Source: an uncultured Clostridia bacterium (lineage in GTDB: Bacteria; Acidobacteriota; Blastocatellia; Chloracidobacteriales; JADJPF01). Taken from it: a stretch of 51,963 nt of DNA. The position numbers and the translations under genes are program-made. The notes under the pieces are model-generated. The model made no database searches, was not told the origin of the DNA, and was given only the letters and a program-made list of their open reading frames with translations. The stretch's first letter is position 1. The number at the start of each line of letters is the position of its first letter. Location of the stretch: NCBI GenBank assembly GCA_964536575.1, contig CAZHXL010000010.1, forward strand, positions 1-51,963, given 5' to 3'. Of the stretch, positions 18,209 through 26,266 are shown in pieces.

Positions 18209-18652
18209 TTAGTTGGTTACGCCGTCTAAGCAGGCTTTAGCAACTCTAAATTTAACTACAGTCTTAGCAGGAATAAGCTTCTTTTCCTTGGTTTGAGGAT
18301 TTATGCCCATTCTTTCTGCGCGGGATGATTTCAGGAATTTTCCAACATTAGGAAGTACAAATCCGCCATTGCCTTTAATTTCAGTCACAATTAGGCTAGA
18401 GAGTTCGTCTAACATTTCTTGCGCTACTTTACGAGTAACATGAAATTTATTAGCAAAATGACCGACAAGTTGTTCCTTTGTCATTAATTTTAGTTTTGGA
18501 GTTGCAGCTTTATCTTTTTTAGCTTTTGCCGCAGGTGCCTTAGTTGCTACTGCTTTTTTTGCTGGAGACTTGGTTGCTGCTGGTTTTGCAGCCGCTTTAC
18601 TATCTGTATTATCTGTAGTTGCTTTTTTGCTTGCCATCGATTTTTTCTCCAT
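18209..18652 (-). CDS. hup: HU/IHF-family DNA-binding protein with Lys/Ala/Pro-rich N-terminal extension
   Basis: The C-terminal 90 aa (MTKEQLVGHFANKF...GFVLPNVGKF...RMGINPQTKEKKLIPAKTVVKFRVAK) form a canonical HU fold sequence. They are preceded in frame by ~55 aa of AKKAVATKAPAAKAKKDKAATPK-type sequence. GGAG lies 9 nt before the second ATG (18637). Confidence 0.85.
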   Translation of the reverse strand: MEKKSMASKKATTDNTDSKAAAKPAATKSPAKKAVATKAPAAKAKKDKAATPKLKLMTKEQLVGHFANKFHVTRKVAQEMLDELSSLIVTEIKGNGGFVLPNVGKFLKSSRAERMGINPQTKEKKLIPAKTVVKFRVAKACLDGVTN

Positions 18653-19049
18653 TGAAGGGATTATTTAAGGTAAGTATTATCAGTGCTAGACTTTACCATA
18701 AATGATCTTAAGAATAAAATATTTTTTTGGGTTAAAATGCCGTTGGAGAGAGCAGTTTAGCGTAACATATATCAAACAAAAGAGTTAAGGGTTAAATTTT
18801 TGTTAAATTTTTATCTATTTTTCTAATAAAAACTAGATCGACCCTCGTCAAATGCCCAAACAGAACGGTAAAACTTTGTCTACTACTACTAATAGAGGTA
18901 AGAAAAATAAAAATACAAGCTTACGCATTTATCATTAAATATATGAAGGGGAATATAAATAAAACATTACGTATTATACTTAGATTGGTTGAAGCTGGGT
19001 TAGTCAAGGATGACAAATCTTTGTTAACTGGTGTAATCTTACAGGCATT

Positions 19050-19367
19050 ATGAAATCAATTGCTACTTATATTGTATTAGCTTATGGGTTGTTAGTGATT
19101 ATTGGTGGTGTGATTGGCTTTGTAAAAGCTAAAAGCAATGCATCACTGATTGCTGGCGTAGTTTCGGGGTTACTAGTACTAACTAGTGGCTTTATAATGC
19201 TTAGTGGTATAGCCCTAGGTACTTACTTAGCTCTAGCTACTACATTTATTTTAATGGGTGTTTTTGGTGTACGACTGGCTAAGACAAAGGCTTTTATGCC
19301 TTCAGGGATGCTATTTATTCTTAATGATATAGTATTTATATTGCTGGTTTTAAGTTTAGTATTATAA
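19050..19367 (+). CDS. TMEM14-family small membrane protein
   Basis: 105 aa with four hydrophobic helices. The N-terminus YGLLVIIGGVIGFVKAKSNASLIAG is typical of the TMEM14/UPF0136 family. Confidence 0.65.
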   Translation: MKSIATYIVLAYGLLVIIGGVIGFVKAKSNASLIAGVVSGLLVLTSGFIMLSGIALGTYLALATTFILMGVFGVRLAKTKAFMPSGMLFILNDIVFILLVLSLVL

Positions 19368-19385
19368 ATATTTTCAGGTTTTTTA

Positions 19386-19664
19386 ATGACAGTTTTTTTT
19401 GTGCCACTACTATCAGAAGCTTTATCATCATCAGGTTTTACCAATAATTTTTTATTACTTGGCCAAACGCCAATTGCTAGTTGGGTACGCGGGGTTTTCT
19501 ACGTGGTTTTAACCTTAGCTAGTATTGGATTTTGTGTTGTTGTCGCTCTACAAATAAAATCCTTTATTAATAAAGAAAAACTAGCTACTAAAGAAAAAAC
19601 TTGGGAGAGTGTTTGGACAGCAGTCCCTTTAATAGTGTTAATTGCTTTATGGTGGTTTTTCTAG
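19386..19664 (+). CDS. Small two-TM membrane protein upstream of ctaC
   Basis: 92-aa ORF with two hydrophobic segments. Its stop codon lies 1 nt before the ctaC ATG. No family recognised. Confidence 0.45.
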   Translation: MTVFFVPLLSEALSSSGFTNNFLLLGQTPIASWVRGVFYVVLTLASIGFCVVVALQIKSFINKEKLATKEKTWESVWTAVPLIVLIALWWFF

Positions 19665-19665
19665 T

Positions 19666-20463
19666 ATGGCAGCAGCTATTGCGATTTTGATTTGGGTTTT
19701 AGCCATAGTAGTTGTACTTTTGTTTGTTTTAGGTCATTTAGGCAGTGTTAATTGGAATTTTCCTGAATTAATTACTAATTTCTCTGATATAGATTCTCAG
19801 TTTTATCTTACCTTAACTATTACTGGCATAGCCTTTTTGTTCTCACACCTAATTCTCGGATACTTTATTTTTAAGTATAAAGATAATAACCCGCTAGTAA
19901 AATACTCTAAGGGGAATAATAGGCTAGAAGTAGTGTATGCCCTAGGAGTTGGGATTGTCTTTATTGCTTTAGCTGTAATGAGTCAGAGGATTTGGACAAA
20001 AATTTATTTTGCTCAACCAACTAATGTTTTACAGATTGAAGCCACCGCAGAGCAGTTTCGGTGGATTTTTCGTTATTCTGGGAAAGACAATAAGTTTGGA
20101 GAGACTCTTTTAGAGCTAGTTAATAAAGACCACAACCCACTAGGATTAAATCAAAAAGACACTAATAGTAATGACGATATAGTAAAACTCTCAGAGCTAG
20201 TCATTCCTGTTGATGAGCCGATTAAGCTTATTTTACGCTCTCATGATGTGATGCATAGTTTTTTTGTCCCTAATTTAAGGCTTAAACAAGATGTTATTTC
20301 TGGTATGTCAATGGCAACAGGGTTTGAGGCCAATAAAATAGGGGAATATGAGATTGCTTGTGCAGAATTATGTGGGCAAGGACATTATCGTATGAGGGCA
20401 AAGCTACGAATTGTTAGTAAAGAAGATTTTAATAATTGGCTTAAAAGTGATCCTCCTAAGTAA
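19666..20463 (+). CDS. ctaC: Cytochrome c oxidase subunit II (CuA)
   Basis: N-terminal TM helices and a cupredoxin domain with CuA ligands HDVMHSFFVP ... CAELCGQGHYRM. ATG 19666 is preferred over TTG 19642 in the track. Confidence 0.9.
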   Translation: MAAAIAILIWVLAIVVVLLFVLGHLGSVNWNFPELITNFSDIDSQFYLTLTITGIAFLFSHLILGYFIFKYKDNNPLVKYSKGNNRLEVVYALGVGIVFIALAVMSQRIWTKIYFAQPTNVLQIEATAEQFRWIFRYSGKDNKFGETLLELVNKDHNPLGLNQKDTNSNDDIVKLSELVIPVDEPIKLILRSHDVMHSFFVPNLRLKQDVISGMSMATGFEANKIGEYEIACAELCGQGHYRMRAKLRIVSKEDFNNWLKSDPPK

Positions 20464-20490
20464 ATTATATTAAGTTAAAAAGGTTTTCAC

Positions 20491-22227
20491 ATGCGCAAAT
20501 ATTTATTTAGCCTAGATCATAAAGTAGTAGGGCTACAATACTATTTGCTAGCATTAACTGCTTTGATAGTTGCTGTAAGCTTATCGGTTTTAATGCGACT
20601 GCGGTTAACTTGGCCAGAAGATGTTTGGCCACTTTTTTCAAAACTCCTACCATCAGCTTTTAATAGCACTGGTCAAATGACCCCAGACTTTTACCTGGCT
20701 TTAATGACAATGCATGGGACAATAATGATTTTTTTTGTACTCACCATTGCACCACAAGCAGCTTTTGGTAATTACTTTTTACCTCTACAAATTGGCGCAA
20801 ATCAAATGGCTGCACCACGACTAGGACAGGTTTCTTTTTGGATAACCACTTTAGCTTTTTGTATTTTAATGACAGCTTTTTTTGTTGCAGGAGGCGCGCC
20901 ATTAGCTGGTTGGACAGCTTATCCTCCTTTAAGTGTTATTACTAGTGGGACTGGATATGCACAAGGAATGAATCTTTGGTTAATTAGCCTAGCAGTATTT
21001 TCTATTGCAGCAATCCTAAACTCGCTTAATTTTATGGTCACAATTCTTGAGCATCGTACTAGTGGAATGCAACTAATGCGAATGCCCCTGACTTGTTGGG
21101 GTTGGATGGCTACAGCAATGATTTCACTTTTGGCTTTTCCAGTACTCCTAGCCGCAGGGCTTTTACTGCTGCTAGATCGTTTAATAGGAACAGATTTTTT
21201 TACTCCTAGCGGGATGATTGTTAACGGGCAAATTATTGATTTACGACAAGGTATTCCTATACTTTGGCAACATTTATTTTGGTTTTTTGGGCATCCTGAG
21301 GTTTACTTAGCAATTTTACCAGGAATGGGAGTGGTTTCTCATATTTTAGCCACTTTTTCTCGTAAACCTGTATTTGGTTATCGCACAATGGTTTGGGCTA
21401 CTTTGGCGATCGCGCTACTAGGGTTTCTAGTTTGGGGACACCATATGTTTGTAGCAGGTATCAGCCCTTATTTATCAATGACATTTTCTTTTCTTACCTT
21501 AACAATTGCCATTCCTTCAGCAATAAAAACACTTAATTGGTTGGGTACAATGTGGGGTGGCAAAATTAGACTAGCAACGCCAATGCTTTATGCCATTGGG
21601 TTTGTGTCACTTTTTATTACTGGGGGACTGGGAGGGATTTTTTTAGGGCAAAGTAGCCTAGATATCTACCTACATGACACTTATTTTGTAGTTGGACATT
21701 TTCATTTAATTATGGGGTCTGCGGCGGTTTTTGCGATTTTTGCTGCTACTACATTTTGGTTTCCTAAAGTATTTGGTAGACAAATGAATGAGGATTTAGG
21801 CAAGGTTCATTTTTTCCTTACTTTTATTGGGGTTTATGCAATTTTTCTCCCAATGCACTTTTTGGGTATAGCAGGTAACCCTAGGCGTTATGCTGAAATT
21901 AGCCAGTTTATCTATCTAAACCAGTTGCAGCCTTTACACAAATTCATCACAATTGCCATGTTGATAACAGTTAATGCTCAGTTGTTATTTTTTATTAACC
22001 TAATTACTAGTATTTTTGCTGGTAAAAAAGTAAATGAAAACCCTTGGCAATCAACTACATTAGAATGGACTGTTACTTCACCACCTCCCAAAGATAATTT
22101 TAGTGAACCTCCTAGTGTATGTCGTGGTGCTTATGATTTTAGCTTACCAGGTGAAGCCCAAGATTTTTTAATGCAAACTCAAGCAGATAGCATGGTTGCT
22201 GAAGATAAGCCCGTAGAGCCTAAATAA
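20491..22227 (+). CDS. ctaD: Cytochrome c oxidase subunit I
   Basis: 578 aa with the conserved blocks WFFGHPEVYLAILPGMG, GHHMFVAG and HDTYFVVGHFHLIMG. Confidence 0.95.
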   Translation: MRKYLFSLDHKVVGLQYYLLALTALIVAVSLSVLMRLRLTWPEDVWPLFSKLLPSAFNSTGQMTPDFYLALMTMHGTIMIFFVLTIAPQAAFGNYFLPLQIGANQMAAPRLGQVSFWITTLAFCILMTAFFVAGGAPLAGWTAYPPLSVITSGTGYAQGMNLWLISLAVFSIAAILNSLNFMVTILEHRTSGMQLMRMPLTCWGWMATAMISLLAFPVLLAAGLLLLLDRLIGTDFFTPSGMIVNGQIIDLRQGIPILWQHLFWFFGHPEVYLAILPGMGVVSHILATFSRKPVFGYRTMVWATLAIALLGFLVWGHHMFVAGISPYLSMTFSFLTLTIAIPSAIKTLNWLGTMWGGKIRLATPMLYAIGFVSLFITGGLGGIFLGQSSLDIYLHDTYFVVGHFHLIMGSAAVFAIFAATTFWFPKVFGRQMNEDLGKVHFFLTFIGVYAIFLPMHFLGIAGNPRRYAEISQFIYLNQLQPLHKFITIAMLITVNAQLLFFINLITSIFAGKKVNENPWQSTTLEWTVTSPPPKDNFSEPPSVCRGAYDFSLPGEAQDFLMQTQADSMVAEDKPVEPK

Positions 22228-22238
22228 AGGAAAAGGTT

Positions 22239-22925
22239 ATGTCAACAGTTGATACAAAAATAAAACGTAATAACACTACATCAGGTGGTAATAACACTGG
22301 TGGTGATAACTATAGTCGTGATGGTGGAGATGAGGGTAATAATAGTGATAGCAATGATGGAGGCAGGGCCGAGCAGCCCAAAAAAAATAAAACCAGCCCT
22401 ATGTTATTTTTAACTTTTGCAATGATTCCTATAGCAATATTTTTTGCTGCCATTGTCTTTGTCTATCTTGCTCATGAGATGAGAAATGGTTGGATACCTA
22501 TTGCAATGCCCATCGCAGTACTAGTTAGTACTTTAGTCTTAATTATTAGTAGTATAACTTTAGAAATGGCACGGAAAGCGTTAAAAGTAAAGCTTTTAGA
22601 AGATTTTAAGCGATGGGTTATGGTGTCTACATTTTTAGGGATTACTTTTTTTACTACTCAGTTAATAGCCTGGAAGCAATTGATGGCCAAAGGTGTTTAT
22701 ATAGAGGCTATAAACCCACATGCAACATTTTTTTATATTTTAACTGCTGCTCACGGTCTACATTTATTTGGCGGGTTAATAGGCTTATCTTATGTGCTGT
22801 TTGGGGCAATGTACTATAGGTTTAGTGCTGATCGTCGTAATGCTGTTGATATAACAACCACTTATTGGCATTTTATGGATGGCTTATGGATTTTTTTATT
22901 TCTACTACTTTTCGTTTGGAAATAG
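22239..22925 (+). CDS. ctaE: Cytochrome c oxidase subunit III with Gly/Asn/Asp-rich N-terminal extension
   Basis: C-terminal motif YWHFMDGLWIFLFLLLF and a helix pattern typical of COX3. The first ~55 aa are low-complexity (NNTTSGGNNTGGDNYSRDGGDEGNNSDSNDGG). Confidence 0.85.
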   Translation: MSTVDTKIKRNNTTSGGNNTGGDNYSRDGGDEGNNSDSNDGGRAEQPKKNKTSPMLFLTFAMIPIAIFFAAIVFVYLAHEMRNGWIPIAMPIAVLVSTLVLIISSITLEMARKALKVKLLEDFKRWVMVSTFLGITFFTTQLIAWKQLMAKGVYIEAINPHATFFYILTAAHGLHLFGGLIGLSYVLFGAMYYRFSADRRNAVDITTTYWHFMDGLWIFLFLLLFVWK

Positions 22926-23122
22926 TTAGAGGTTTCTTTGTCCTTGTATTTTTACTCTTAGCCTCATCTCAGACTTTTGCTCATTGTGCAATGTGTAAAA
23001 CTACATTGGAGCAAGCAACTAATAATTCAACAGTTTATCTAACTTTAGCTGCTCTATCGCTTTTTATTCCTGCTTTAGTGTTTTTTCTAGTAATGCTACT
23101 GGTAATTTATAAATATAGATGA
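22865..23122 (+). CDS. Small exported/membrane protein with CAMC motif (start uncertain)
   Basis: This ORF overlaps the ctaE 3' end. Plausible starts are ATG 22886 or TTG 22916. It has a signal-like segment GFFVLVFLLLASSQTFA, then HCAMCK, then a C-terminal TM helix. No family recognised. Confidence 0.4.
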   Translation: MAFYGWLMDFFISTTFRLEIVRGFFVLVFLLLASSQTFAHCAMCKTTLEQATNNSTVYLTLAALSLFIPALVFFLVMLLVIYKYR

Positions 23123-23201
23123 GAGATTTTTCTCTTGATATTTGTATGGGTTTCGTTTATATTTTTAGATACTTGCTAAACAACTAAACTAGGAGAAGCA
23201 A

Positions 23202-23597
23202 ATGTCATTTAATAAAGTCACTCTAATAGGAAATTTAGGTTGCGAACCACAATTAAAATATACCCCACAAGGCAAAGCTGTTTGTGAATTTACCGTTGCT
23301 ACTAGCCAAAAGAAAAGTAGTGGCGAGGCTAAAGAAGAGACAGTTTGGTTTAATATCACACTTTGGGATCGCCAAGCAGAAATTGCCCGCTCTTATTTAA
23401 CAAAAGGCAAACAAGTTTATGTAGAAGGCCCGCTACGTATTGAACAATATGTTGATAAGTCTGGCAAACCCCGTTATAGCCTGGAAGTAACAGCCAATCA
23501 TTTAGAGCTTATTGGTAATCGTCCTGAAAGCTTGTTGTCTGCTGTAGCTAATAATCAGCTAGAGTTACCAAATCTAGCGGCAACTAAAGCTGGATAA
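23202..23597 (+). CDS. ssb: Single-stranded DNA-binding protein (OB fold), lacking canonical acidic C-terminal tip
   Basis: MSFNKVTLIGNLGCEPQLKYTPQGKAVCEFTVAT...TVWFNITLWDRQAEIARSYLTKGKQVYVEG matches SSB. AGGAG RBS present. The C-terminus ends ...ELPNLAATKAG rather than D-D-D-I-P-F. Confidence 0.85.
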   Translation: MSFNKVTLIGNLGCEPQLKYTPQGKAVCEFTVATSQKKSSGEAKEETVWFNITLWDRQAEIARSYLTKGKQVYVEGPLRIEQYVDKSGKPRYSLEVTANHLELIGNRPESLLSAVANNQLELPNLAATKAG

Positions 23598-23726
23598 GCC
23601 CCATTGTTTGGCTGATAAAGCTGCCACTAAGTGTTTGCAGCCTTTCTAACAAATGTTACTCTTAGCAACAAGAACATAAAGCAAACAATTTTTTCGTAAA
23701 ACACTTAGTTTTAGGTTTTATTTTTA

Positions 23727-24671
23727 ATGAGTACAGAATTTTCTAGCCTTGTACCAACAAAAACAGAAGTGCTTTCTCAGCCACTAGCAGAACACACTAA
23801 CAAAACAAATGATAAAACAAATGATTCTATATCTATCTACTTGGAATTAATCAAACCTCGTATTTTGATACTGTTGTTACTAATTGCTTTGGCAGGCTTT
23901 GGTATTGCAACCCAACATTGGCAAAGTAAACTGTTAGTACATTTAAGCCTAGGTATAGCCCTAATTGGTGCTGCTACAGGTACATTAAATCAATGGTGGG
24001 AACGTGATAGTGATAGAGATATGTTACGCACTAAGGATCGACCACTACCTACCAATCGTATAAGCACAACAAAAGCTTTTTTCTTTGGTCTCTCTACTTC
24101 TATACTAGGTGTTAGTTATTTAAGCTATTTTGTTAATCCCTTAAGCGGTTTGATTGGGCTATTAACTATTATTAGCTACGTTTTTTTCTATACTCCATTA
24201 AAAAGCAAAACCTCTCTTAGTACAGTAATAGGTGCTTTTCCTGGTGCTGCCCCGCCGTTAATCGGTTGGGTAGCAGTCAATAATCAAATAGACGTTCCTG
24301 CCATAGTGTTATTTTTGATTATGTTTTTTTGGCAATTCCCTCATTTTTTAGCAATAGCTTGGATGTATCGTGAAGATTATACAAAAGCAGGAATTAAAAT
24401 GTTGCCAATACTAGAACCAGAAGGTTTTGCTACTGGGCGACAAATCTTGCTTTATGGTCTAGTGCTTTTACCAGTCAGTTTATTACCTACTATGATAGGG
24501 CTTTGCGGGAAAGTTTATTTTGTTGGAGCATTGATTTTAAGTATCTGGTATCTTTACCATAGCCTTCTAACAGCAAGAATACGTTCTTGGCAACAAGCTA
24601 AGAATTTATTAAAAGTCTCAGTTATTTACCTACCATTATTATTTTTGTTAATGTTGTTAGATAAAATTTAG
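23727..24671 (+). CDS. ctaB: Protoheme IX farnesyltransferase (heme O synthase)
   Basis: UbiA-family motifs LIKPRILILLLL, WERDSDRDMLRTKDRPLP and FFWQFPHFLAIAWMYREDY. Confidence 0.9.
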   Translation: MSTEFSSLVPTKTEVLSQPLAEHTNKTNDKTNDSISIYLELIKPRILILLLLIALAGFGIATQHWQSKLLVHLSLGIALIGAATGTLNQWWERDSDRDMLRTKDRPLPTNRISTTKAFFFGLSTSILGVSYLSYFVNPLSGLIGLLTIISYVFFYTPLKSKTSLSTVIGAFPGAAPPLIGWVAVNNQIDVPAIVLFLIMFFWQFPHFLAIAWMYREDYTKAGIKMLPILEPEGFATGRQILLYGLVLLPVSLLPTMIGLCGKVYFVGALILSIWYLYHSLLTARIRSWQQAKNLLKVSVIYLPLLFLLMLLDKI

Positions 24672-24677
24672 TTACGG

Positions 24678-24821
24678 CTAAATTTGCTCAATTGGCTGAG
24701 CTTCCATCAACCCATACCCACTAGAAGTTTTTGCTCCAACACCCATTTCCTTAAGAGCTAAGTCTAAAATCTTAAAAGCTGTGTCTACCCAGTCTGGTGG
24801 GCCAGATAAAGCAAGTAACAT
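24678..24821 (-). pseudogene. C-terminal remnant of a type III CRISPR RAMP protein (Cmr6-like)
   Basis: The minus-strand 47-codon ORF reads MLLALSGPPDWVDTAFKILDLALKEMGVGAKTSSGYGLMEAQPIEQI*. The G-x-G-A-K-T-S-S-G-Y-G glycine-rich loop near the C-terminus is the hallmark ending of Cmr6-type RAMPs. The upstream part of the gene is replaced by the MITE copy at 24830-24956. It is not in the ORF track because it is under 60 aa. Confidence 0.45.
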
Positions 24822-24829
24822 CTAAATTT

Positions 24830-24956
24830 TTCCGTGATGAACTTAAGTTTATGGATAATAAAAGCATAATCTACAGGCAAAGACGACAAAAATAAACGAC
24901 TTAGACATATTTACCCAAATTTTCCATATATCCATCACAAAATTATTTACACCTGG
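24830..24956. mobile_element. MITE-like element, copy 2 (left end degenerate)
   Basis: TTCCGTGATGAACTTAAGTTTATGGATAATAAAAGCATAATCTACAGGCAAAGACGACAAAAATAAACGACTTAGACATATTTACCCAAATTTTCCATATATCCATCACAAAATTATTTACACCTGG is near-identical to 869-993. The outer part of the left inverted repeat is diverged. Confidence 0.75.
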
Positions 24957-24963
24957 AATAAAT

Positions 24964-25569
24964 TTATATTGTCCAAGTATCATGAATAATTTTTGTAAGA
25001 TACCAAATACCATCTTTTTCTGAAAAAATAAGCCTTAAAGCTCCCCAAGTGTCTATTTTATTGTAATTAGGATCAGGGTGCTTTGGGAAAAAAAATTGAA
25101 CAGATATTTGTTTTTGGTAATCTTCAAAACAATAATTAGCTCCCCCTCCAAGCAACACTTTGTTATAGTTTATAACAGGGGCATTTAAGTAATCTAAATC
25201 ATAAAGGAATGTTTTATAATATTGTTGGAATGTTAATTTGATAGGCTTTAATGAACCATCATCCTTGCCCCAAATATATCTTTGCTTGCTTTGAAGAAGA
25301 ATTTTAATCTGCTTTTGGTTCAGTATAAGATTGCTATCACTTAAACAACTATACTGTATAAAACATAGCCCTTTTGTTGGATGCACAAATGTAGAAAGTT
25401 TTTCTATATCCTTATTTTTAATAGCTACAATGACTTCTTTTGCTTTTTGAGAAATAATACTTTTAGCTCTTTTAGAAGAAATATTGAAAGTGTTTTCATC
25501 TAATCCTTGTGTTAATACGTTAGGATAAATGATTAGCATAAGCAAAATAGAAACAATCCATATTTTCAT
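24964..25569 (-). CDS. Secreted hypothetical protein
   Basis: 201-aa ORF with signal peptide MKIWIVSILLMLIIYPNVLTQG. No family recognised. Confidence 0.55.
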   Translation of the reverse strand: MKIWIVSILLMLIIYPNVLTQGLDENTFNISSKRAKSIISQKAKEVIVAIKNKDIEKLSTFVHPTKGLCFIQYSCLSDSNLILNQKQIKILLQSKQRYIWGKDDGSLKPIKLTFQQYYKTFLYDLDYLNAPVINYNKVLLGGGANYCFEDYQKQISVQFFFPKHPDPNYNKIDTWGALRLIFSEKDGIWYLTKIIHDTWTI

Positions 25570-25714
25570 AAAGCTACCTATAGAACTATTAATTTTTTAT
25601 TCTCTGAAGTGTAAAGAGATCGGCTATTATTTCAATGTGGTTATCCACATGAATAACTTTTTGACTAGCCTTAACCTTGATCAGGAAAAACATGTGACGT
25701 TACTTCAGTATTAG

Positions 25715-25743
25715 TTGACTTGCCACACTTAATGCTCTATAGT
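25715..25743 (+). promoter_or_regulatory. Sigma-70-type promoter candidate
   Basis: TTGACT (25715-25720), a 17-nt spacer, then TATAGT (25738-25743). It lies ~215 nt upstream of the ATG at 25959. Confidence 0.45.
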
Positions 25744-25958
25744 AGCACTATCAAGTTAACCAAATTGACTTAGATAATTCAAAGTGCTACCTATTACTTA
25801 AACTAAATTTAATTCATAACTACTAACTTACACAATAGCTTACATTCTTATGAATAGCAGTCAATAGATTTATTGAGTAACTATTTATAGTACAGTTACT
25901 TGTTATGAATAGTTGGTTTACTTGTCTTAATTTATTAAAATAAACAGGAGGTTTTACT

Positions 25959-26234
25959 ATGCTTTTTTCTGGGCGTATCAAAATATTCATGGTAGTTTGT
26001 CTACTTTTTCTCAGCGTTTGTTTTATTCAACCTTCTTCAACTACTGAAACAAAAGCTGCTCCGCCACCTTCTCAAGGAGGCTGGTATACCTACTACGATA
26101 ATGCAGCCCATACAAATCAGGTAGGCAGTCGTTTTATTCATCCTTGCACTGGCCGAAGCATATATGCCCAAGGCCAAATAACTGTATTCTTTGATCGCGA
26201 TCCAGAATACTGCTGTGGTGGTCAAATCTGTTAA
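25959..26234 (+). CDS. Small secreted Cys-rich protein (paralog A)
   Basis: AGGAGG lies 7 nt upstream. Signal peptide IKIFMVVCLLFLSVCFIQP. The mature part is WYTYYDNAAHTNQVGSRFIHPCTGRSIY...EYCCGGQIC. Confidence 0.65.
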   Translation: MLFSGRIKIFMVVCLLFLSVCFIQPSSTTETKAAPPPSQGGWYTYYDNAAHTNQVGSRFIHPCTGRSIYAQGQITVFFDRDPEYCCGGQIC

Positions 26235-26266
26235 TCTAGGTATATTTACCTGAAAAACGAGGATAT

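Noticed and set aside
18943-19053. 36-codon upstream ORF (MKGNINKTLRIILRLVEAGLVKDDKSLLTGVILQAL) ending in an ATGA overlap with the TMEM14-like gene.
   Set aside because: There is no Shine-Dalgarno sequence and it sits in an AT-rich region where short ORFs arise by chance. The overlap alone is insufficient evidence.
19223-19444. 73-aa minus-strand ORF.
   Set aside because: It is antisense to the TMEM14-like gene and the following small membrane-protein gene, with no signals.
22613-22819. 68-aa ORF in an alternative frame of ctaE.
   Set aside because: It lies entirely inside the conserved COX3 coding frame.
22976-22996. HCAMCK read as a CXXCK heme-c attachment variant.
   Set aside because: The protein is tiny, with no distal ligand or cytochrome context. 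A CxxC thiol or metal site is the more conservative reading, and even that is unproven.
25529-25714. 61-aa plus-strand ORF upstream of the small Cys-rich genes.
   Set aside because: It overlaps the 5' end of the 201-aa minus-strand gene and the promoter region. It has no RBS.
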